Shown: piece after piece, positions 58,741-64,000 of the stretch
How positions within the stretch are numbered: the first letter of the stretch is position 1
Layout of the letters: the number at the start of each line of letters is the position of its first letter
Source of the DNA: Candidatus Borrarchaeum weybense
GTDB taxonomy: Archaea > Asgardarchaeota > Sifarchaeia > Borrarchaeales > Borrarchaeaceae
DNA: 64,000 nt
NCBI GenBank assembly: GCA_019057385.1
Contig: JAHQJS010000007.1
Span: 416,001 to 480,000, forward strand
Direction: 5' to 3'
Made by a program: the position numbers and the translations under genes
The notes under the pieces: generated by a model
Databases searched by the model: none
Told to the model about the DNA's origin: nothing
Seen by the model: the letters and a program-made list of their open reading frames with translations, nothing else

Positions 58741-59886
58741 ATGAAAATCTTACAAGTTACTCCTTATTTTTTCCCTAGTGTGGGAGGCATAGAGAATCAT
58801 GTAGAAAATTTGGCGAAACATCTTGTTAAAAACGGACATGAAGTCACTATCTTTACTTCAAATACTCATTCTGCTTTACAATATGAAAGAAGAAACGGAA
58901 TCGAGATTTTTCGATTTGATCCTCTGCTTGTTTTATTTAAGAATCCTATCTCTTTAAAAATTCTATCCAAACTTGAAACCATAAAAAAGTACGATGTAGT
59001 CCATGCCCATGATGAACATGGCTTTCTTACAAATTTAACAGCTTTCATACGAAAAATTTGCAGGATTCCTTTAGTTGTCACATGTCATGGAGATCTTGTC
59101 CCTGAGACCTTTTTTGAGAACATCATAATAACTACGTATGAAAAAACATTGCTTTCTTTTACTTTTAAAAACGCTGATTCAATAATTGCTCTTTCGAATG
59201 CGCATAAGATCAGCCTACAAAGATTTAATGTGTCTGCAAAAAAAATCTCTGTGATACCTAATGCTGTAATTTCTCCGAATCTTGATACTATAAAGGGATC
59301 AAAATTCATTAAAAAACATCGCTTACAAGGAAAAAAAATAATATTATTTGTAGGACAACTTCTTCAAAGGAAAGGTATTCAATATTTATTAAAAGCGATG
59401 AGAAATATCAAAAAACATGATCTAAACTCAATTTTAATCATTATTGGAAAAGGTCCCTTTCAATCTGAGTTAGAAAATATCTCGAAAAAACTAGGCATTG
59501 AAAAATATGTTAGATTTTTTGGTTTTGTTACAAAGGATGAATTATTAGAAGCTTATGCAGCAGCAACGGTCTTTGTTTTACCATCTCTTGCAGAAGGTTT
59601 GCCAACAGTAATATTAGAAGCAATGGCTTTTTCTAAGCCTGTAGTAGCAACCAAAATCAAGAGTTATCCTAAATCATTTGACAAGGTTTTAAAATTTGCT
59701 CCAACAAAAGATTTTGAAGCATTAGCGAGTGAAATTATTTCAATTCTAAAAGATCAAAGCTTGGCTCATAAATTGGGGAGATTAGGTGCTTCATTGGTTG
59801 AGAAAGAATTTAGCTGGCCTAGTGTGACTACTAAAACTATTGCATTATATAGGTCACTTCGATATAAAATTGCAAATAGAATCTAA
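58741..59886 (+). CDS. GT4 glycosyltransferase
   Basis: GGIE, FVGQL..RKG, EGLPTVILEAMA. Confidence 0.92.
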   Translation: MKILQVTPYFFPSVGGIENHVENLAKHLVKNGHEVTIFTSNTHSALQYERRNGIEIFRFDPLLVLFKNPISLKILSKLETIKKYDVVHAHDEHGFLTNLTAFIRKICRIPLVVTCHGDLVPETFFENIIITTYEKTLLSFTFKNADSIIALSNAHKISLQRFNVSAKKISVIPNAVISPNLDTIKGSKFIKKHRLQGKKIILFVGQLLQRKGIQYLLKAMRNIKKHDLNSILIIIGKGPFQSELENISKKLGIEKYVRFFGFVTKDELLEAYAAATVFVLPSLAEGLPTVILEAMAFSKPVVATKIKSYPKSFDKVLKFAPTKDFEALASEIISILKDQSLAHKLGRLGASLVEKEFSWPSVTTKTIALYRSLRYKIANRI

Positions 59887-59944
59887 GAGTAATATTAAAA
59901 ATTTCCTTTAATTTATTAAAACAGAGCCTGGAGAAAAAAATAAT

Positions 59945-61138
59945 ATGAGAATAGGAATCGTTGCAATGAGCGGAATATATCCTGCAAGCATCGGTGGACC
60001 TGAAGTCTATATTTATTATTTATCACGAGAGTTGGCATCTCAAAATAATGAACTACATATATTTACTAGGGTAGAAAATCGGAATGATTTAAACAAGTTA
60101 AAACACATTTCTGAAGAAATCCCTAATGTTCAAATCTATCCTTTGGTTATGAAGTATAATATTTCAAATTTATTGAATCTGCCCGTATTTCTACGTCAAT
60201 TTAAACAAATAACACAGATGTTTAAAAAAACTGTAAAAAAACTAGATGTGATCCACTATAATGCACCTCCTGTTGATATAGCATTTATTTTCGCATTATT
60301 TGCAAAGCGGCATTCAAAAATTCAAACATATTTTTTGCATCATGGACTCTTCGCTGAAATGGGCGACATTCTTTCAAATTATGGAATGCCAGCTCAATTT
60401 GAGATAGTTTTCCAAAATCTTTTTAGATTTCTTGCAAAAATGAAGTTCTTTACTCGTGTTATTGTTCCAAATAATTATGCTCTTAATTTAGCAATCAAAA
60501 ATGGGGTCTCTAAGGCTCAGACATGTCGAATTCGTGTTGGAGTAGATATATCAAGATTTCAAAAAGCAGATCCTTTTAATCTAAAAGGAAAACCAAAAAT
60601 ATTATTTGTTGGACGACTTGCTAAGATTAAAGGTATTGATGTCCTTTTGAAGGCGTTTAATAAATTACTTCCCAAATATCCAGAATCAATACTATATATT
60701 CTAGGAAAAGGCGAATATAGACATTATTTAGAACGACTAGCTCAAAAGTTAGACATTGAGAAATCAGTTAATTTTCTAGGTTTCGTGTCTGATGATGATC
60801 TTCCTCGATACTTAAAATCATGTGATATCTTTGTTGTCTCTTCTTTTAGAGAAAACCAACCGATTACAATTCTAGAAGCAATGGCTTCTCAAATTCCAGT
60901 CATCGCAACGAATATTGAAGGAATCGATGAAATCATAAAACACGAAGAAAATGGGCTTTTAGTCCCAAAAAATGACATAGAATCACTTGCAATCGAAATA
61001 ATTAGACTTTTAGAAGACAGGCAGCTTTTTGATGCTCTGACAAAAAATGGTTTTACTACTGTTGAGAAAAATCATTCTTACAAACATATTGGGTCAAAAT
61101 TCACAGAATTATTTGAAGAATTACTAAAGAATCGATAA
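59945..61138 (+). CDS. GT4 glycosyltransferase
   Basis: GGPE, FVGRL..IKG, ENQPITILEAMA. Confidence 0.92.
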   Translation: MRIGIVAMSGIYPASIGGPEVYIYYLSRELASQNNELHIFTRVENRNDLNKLKHISEEIPNVQIYPLVMKYNISNLLNLPVFLRQFKQITQMFKKTVKKLDVIHYNAPPVDIAFIFALFAKRHSKIQTYFLHHGLFAEMGDILSNYGMPAQFEIVFQNLFRFLAKMKFFTRVIVPNNYALNLAIKNGVSKAQTCRIRVGVDISRFQKADPFNLKGKPKILFVGRLAKIKGIDVLLKAFNKLLPKYPESILYILGKGEYRHYLERLAQKLDIEKSVNFLGFVSDDDLPRYLKSCDIFVVSSFRENQPITILEAMASQIPVIATNIEGIDEIIKHEENGLLVPKNDIESLAIEIIRLLEDRQLFDALTKNGFTTVEKNHSYKHIGSKFTELFEELLKNR

Positions 61139-61227
61139 TTTAGTTGTAATAAAGACACTTTGAAATTATAACCTATTTTATAAAAACTGCTGAGAATCGT
61201 TTTAATTAATATAAAAAGTGTTTACGA

Positions 61228-62352
61228 ATGAAAATTCCAGGAGAATTAAGTGAAGTTTGTAATAATATTGCTACAATTTGTCCTTGGAACATCTTAGCAA
61301 TAGTTCTTATTGGATCCTTTTCTACAGCAGAAGGTACCTTTTTCCAAATTCATAAAGATGAAAAAAAGTCACTTAGTGACTATGATCTTGAAATTCTTGT
61401 GAAATTTTATGACCCTTTTCTTCTAAAAAAAGCCAATTTTATTGCTAGTCAATCCAATTTAAAAATTTCAATCGGAATAATGCCGATTAGCCAACTTAGT
61501 AAATTAAAAATGATTCAAACATATGATATGAAAATGAAAGGCGTTTTCATAATTGGCAATAAAGAATTGTTAGATAGTATACCAATGGAAGTTCCTTCAG
61601 ACATTCCAAAATATGAAGCGATTCGTCGTTTATTAAACAGCGTTATGGAGATGAATGAAGCAATCGGAAGTTGTGAATATCTTAACTCTTCAAAACGCTC
61701 TAATCTCACTGTAAAGATTAAATATTCAATAGCGAAGTCTTATTTAGCGTGTTGCACAGCTTTACTCACATTAGTAGGAAAATATCTACCTACATACCAA
61801 GAGCGTAATCAATTATTCTCTAAGTTATTTAAATCATACTTTAAAGAATTGCATAGAAAATACCCTTCTTTCCCAATCAAAGTCCGTTTGGCGTTGAAGT
61901 TTAAATTGAACACAAAATCCACTGAATTGAGCGAATTCCCACAAGAATGGTTTGAAGCACGAGATTATCTTTTAAGTACACTTAAGTATGTTTTATCAAA
62001 ATATTTTAGAGCCTCAAATACAAACCTTTTCAACTTATTAAAAAATTTAGAAGTTTTACCACCAAAACCATTCCTTAATATCGCTTATGCGTTAAGTTTG
62101 CTTTTTAAAAAGAAAATACCACCAATTAGGGCATTTTTTATTACATCAATGCTTGAAATACAAACTGCTGGTGTGTATTTGATAAAATCCATAAATGAGG
62201 ATGGATCTATTAATGAAGAACTATTGAATAAGGCTCGTGAAAAGATAAAGAAGTTTTATCCGATCAATAAACGCTCTATAAAAGATTGGAATTCAATAAA
62301 AAATGTAATTGTCCATGCATGGAATATTGCACCTGATTATTCGATGGATTAG
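61228..62352 (+). CDS. Pol-beta-superfamily nucleotidyltransferase-like protein with a helical C-terminal domain
   Basis: IVLIGSFSTAEG...SDYDL (hGS...DxD). Confidence 0.65.
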   Translation: MKIPGELSEVCNNIATICPWNILAIVLIGSFSTAEGTFFQIHKDEKKSLSDYDLEILVKFYDPFLLKKANFIASQSNLKISIGIMPISQLSKLKMIQTYDMKMKGVFIIGNKELLDSIPMEVPSDIPKYEAIRRLLNSVMEMNEAIGSCEYLNSSKRSNLTVKIKYSIAKSYLACCTALLTLVGKYLPTYQERNQLFSKLFKSYFKELHRKYPSFPIKVRLALKFKLNTKSTELSEFPQEWFEARDYLLSTLKYVLSKYFRASNTNLFNLLKNLEVLPPKPFLNIAYALSLLFKKKIPPIRAFFITSMLEIQTAGVYLIKSINEDGSINEELLNKAREKIKKFYPINKRSIKDWNSIKNVIVHAWNIAPDYSMD

Positions 62353-62361
62353 GAGATTAAA

Positions 62362-63474
62362 TTGTCTGAAAAACTATTGGTTATAGTGATTGATGCATTC
62401 CGATATTCTTACTTGAATAAAAAACTGACTCCTAATCTGTTTGAATTGGCTGAAGCAGGATCCTTTGCTAAGTTAGAAAGCGTTTTGGGTTATTCTGATA
62501 CTGCTAAATTTTCCATGATCACAGGAGCGTATCCTGAAGAAACTGGTATCTGGGCAGAATTTATTTTAAAGCAAAAAACATCTCCAACTCGCCTTGAATA
62601 TTTACCTTTAGATTATTTCCCACATTTGATTAGCGCACCTATAAAATTGCTTTTTTCCAGTTTTTTAAATTTAAATTTAAGAAACATTCCTCTGAATCTT
62701 TTGAAATATTTTGAGCCCGCAAAAGAACATAAGCATATGGTAACTCTTTTTGATCTTTTTAATAAACATTCCATTTCTTACTTTGATTACGAAGAGAGAA
62801 ATCTTAAAATTCTTGAGCGAGGAGTTATAAAAAAGATTGAAAGTACGGATATCGATGTTGTTTTTCTTAAAATTCCCGATTTAGATCTTCAAGGTCATAT
62901 ATGGGGAGTTAATTCGTCATCCACAATAAAACGAATTGTTAGTGTTGATAAACATATTAAACGCATTTTAAACTCTTTCAAATCAGAGGTATGGAATGAG
63001 GAGTTTAACACGATTATAATGTCTGACCATGGTATGGTTCAAGTAAAACAATATATTGATCTAGCAAATGTTCTCAGGCGTTTTTGTAAGGAAGAAAAAG
63101 ATTTTATTGCATTTTATGACGCTACTCTTGCTCGCTTTTGGTTCAAGAATGCTTATGCCAAAGATAAAGTGTCTAATTATCTTAACAGTCTTAAAATTGG
63201 AAAAATCTTAGATGAAACAGAACTGAAAGAATTTGGAGTCTATTTTCCAGATAAAAGATATGGTGAATTGATCTTTCTTCTTGACCCTGGATACATCATT
63301 TTTCCAAATTTTTATGAGGTTTTACCCTTCCCGCCTAGAGGAATGCACGGATATGACCCAAAATTCAAAGATATGTTAGGAATACTCATTTGTTCCAATG
63401 ATTTAAGCAAGAATACTGTAAAAATTGTGGATATTTTCCGCATAATTCTAGAAATGCTAAATATCTCATATTAA
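62362..63474 (+). CDS. Alkaline phosphatase superfamily protein (nucleotide pyrophosphatase/phosphodiesterase-like)
   Basis: IDAFR, D..GH, SDHGM, GMHGY. Confidence 0.85.
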   Translation: MSEKLLVIVIDAFRYSYLNKKLTPNLFELAEAGSFAKLESVLGYSDTAKFSMITGAYPEETGIWAEFILKQKTSPTRLEYLPLDYFPHLISAPIKLLFSSFLNLNLRNIPLNLLKYFEPAKEHKHMVTLFDLFNKHSISYFDYEERNLKILERGVIKKIESTDIDVVFLKIPDLDLQGHIWGVNSSSTIKRIVSVDKHIKRILNSFKSEVWNEEFNTIIMSDHGMVQVKQYIDLANVLRRFCKEEKDFIAFYDATLARFWFKNAYAKDKVSNYLNSLKIGKILDETELKEFGVYFPDKRYGELIFLLDPGYIIFPNFYEVLPFPPRGMHGYDPKFKDMLGILICSNDLSKNTVKIVDIFRIILEMLNISY

Positions 63475-64000
63475 CTCAAGAATTTTTGAAATGTAATACG
63501 TAATAAGGCAAAAACAATTTTCAAACCATCTAAGATTGTTGTTCCCTTTTCGATTGCTTCTTGTACCAAATTATCTTTGATTGGAACCTCAACAATCTTC
63601 AACTGCGATTTAGCAGCCTCGATTATCATTTCACTCTCTATTTCAAATCTATTGCTTCGCAAATTAAGATCAAGCAATTTGTCACGTCTAATAGCTCTAA
63701 AACCGCATTGTGATTCCTTAACTGGGTTACTAAAACCAGTAAATAGATTGGTTATAAAAGTCAATATTTGATTTCCAAATACTTTGTATTCAGGTATAGC
63801 AGATTTGCCGTCTTGGATGAATCGACTTCCAATTGCCAAATCCGCTTTTCCGTGCAAAATAGGTTCAGCCAACTTAGGAATGAAATCTGGATTATCTTGG
63901 CCATCTGCGTCAATAAAAACAATAACTTCAGTTTTATTATTTTTTAGTGTTTCAATTGCTGTTCTAATAGCATTACCCTTACCTAAGTTCTTTTTGTGTT
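63471..64000 (-). CDS. GT2 glycosyltransferase (DPM-synthase-like), 5' part outside the window
   Basis: Frame stays open to the window end: NLGKGNAI...FIDADGQD...GSRF...ESQCGFRA. Confidence 0.88.
   Translation of the reverse strand, partial: HKKNLGKGNAIRTAIETLKNNKTEVIVFIDADGQDNPDFIPKLAEPILHGKADLAIGSRFIQDGKSAIPEYKVFGNQILTFITNLFTGFSNPVKESQCGFRAIRRDKLLDLNLRSNRFEIESEMIIEAAKSQLKIVEVPIKDNLVQEAIEKGTTILDGLKIVFALLRITFQKFLS

Overview
AT-rich archaeal DNA, most likely from an Asgard archaeon. This is inferred from a Rab-like GTPase, a second small GTPase, RING-like, PCI-like and longin-like domains, TATA-type promoters and frequent TTG/GTG starts. Three zones. (1) 1-20 kb is accessory metabolism and cell-envelope genes with several decayed or truncated paralogues and a TnpB-only IS200/IS605 element. 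(2) 20.6-48.2 kb is a block bracketed by two small GTPases. It encodes three single-pass surface proteins whose cytoplasmic tails look eukaryote-like: 1531 aa with a longin/uDENN-like tail; 3553 aa with 17 Ig-like repeats and a solenoid, Zn-ribbon, RING-like and PCI-like tail; and 489 aa with an Ig-TM-Zn-ribbon-RING-like layout. It also encodes a TPR protein, a coiled-coil protein and a large AAA+ ATPase. This is the best candidate for an undescribed receptor-GTPase-RING signalling system. Between the two giant genes, a rhodanese pseudogene is split by two protein-free IS200/IS605 miniatures carrying an IscB-type (HEARO) and a TnpB-type omega-RNA. (3) 48.3-64 kb is a nucleotide-sugar and glycosylation cluster. 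All domain calls come from reading motifs by eye; no searches were run.
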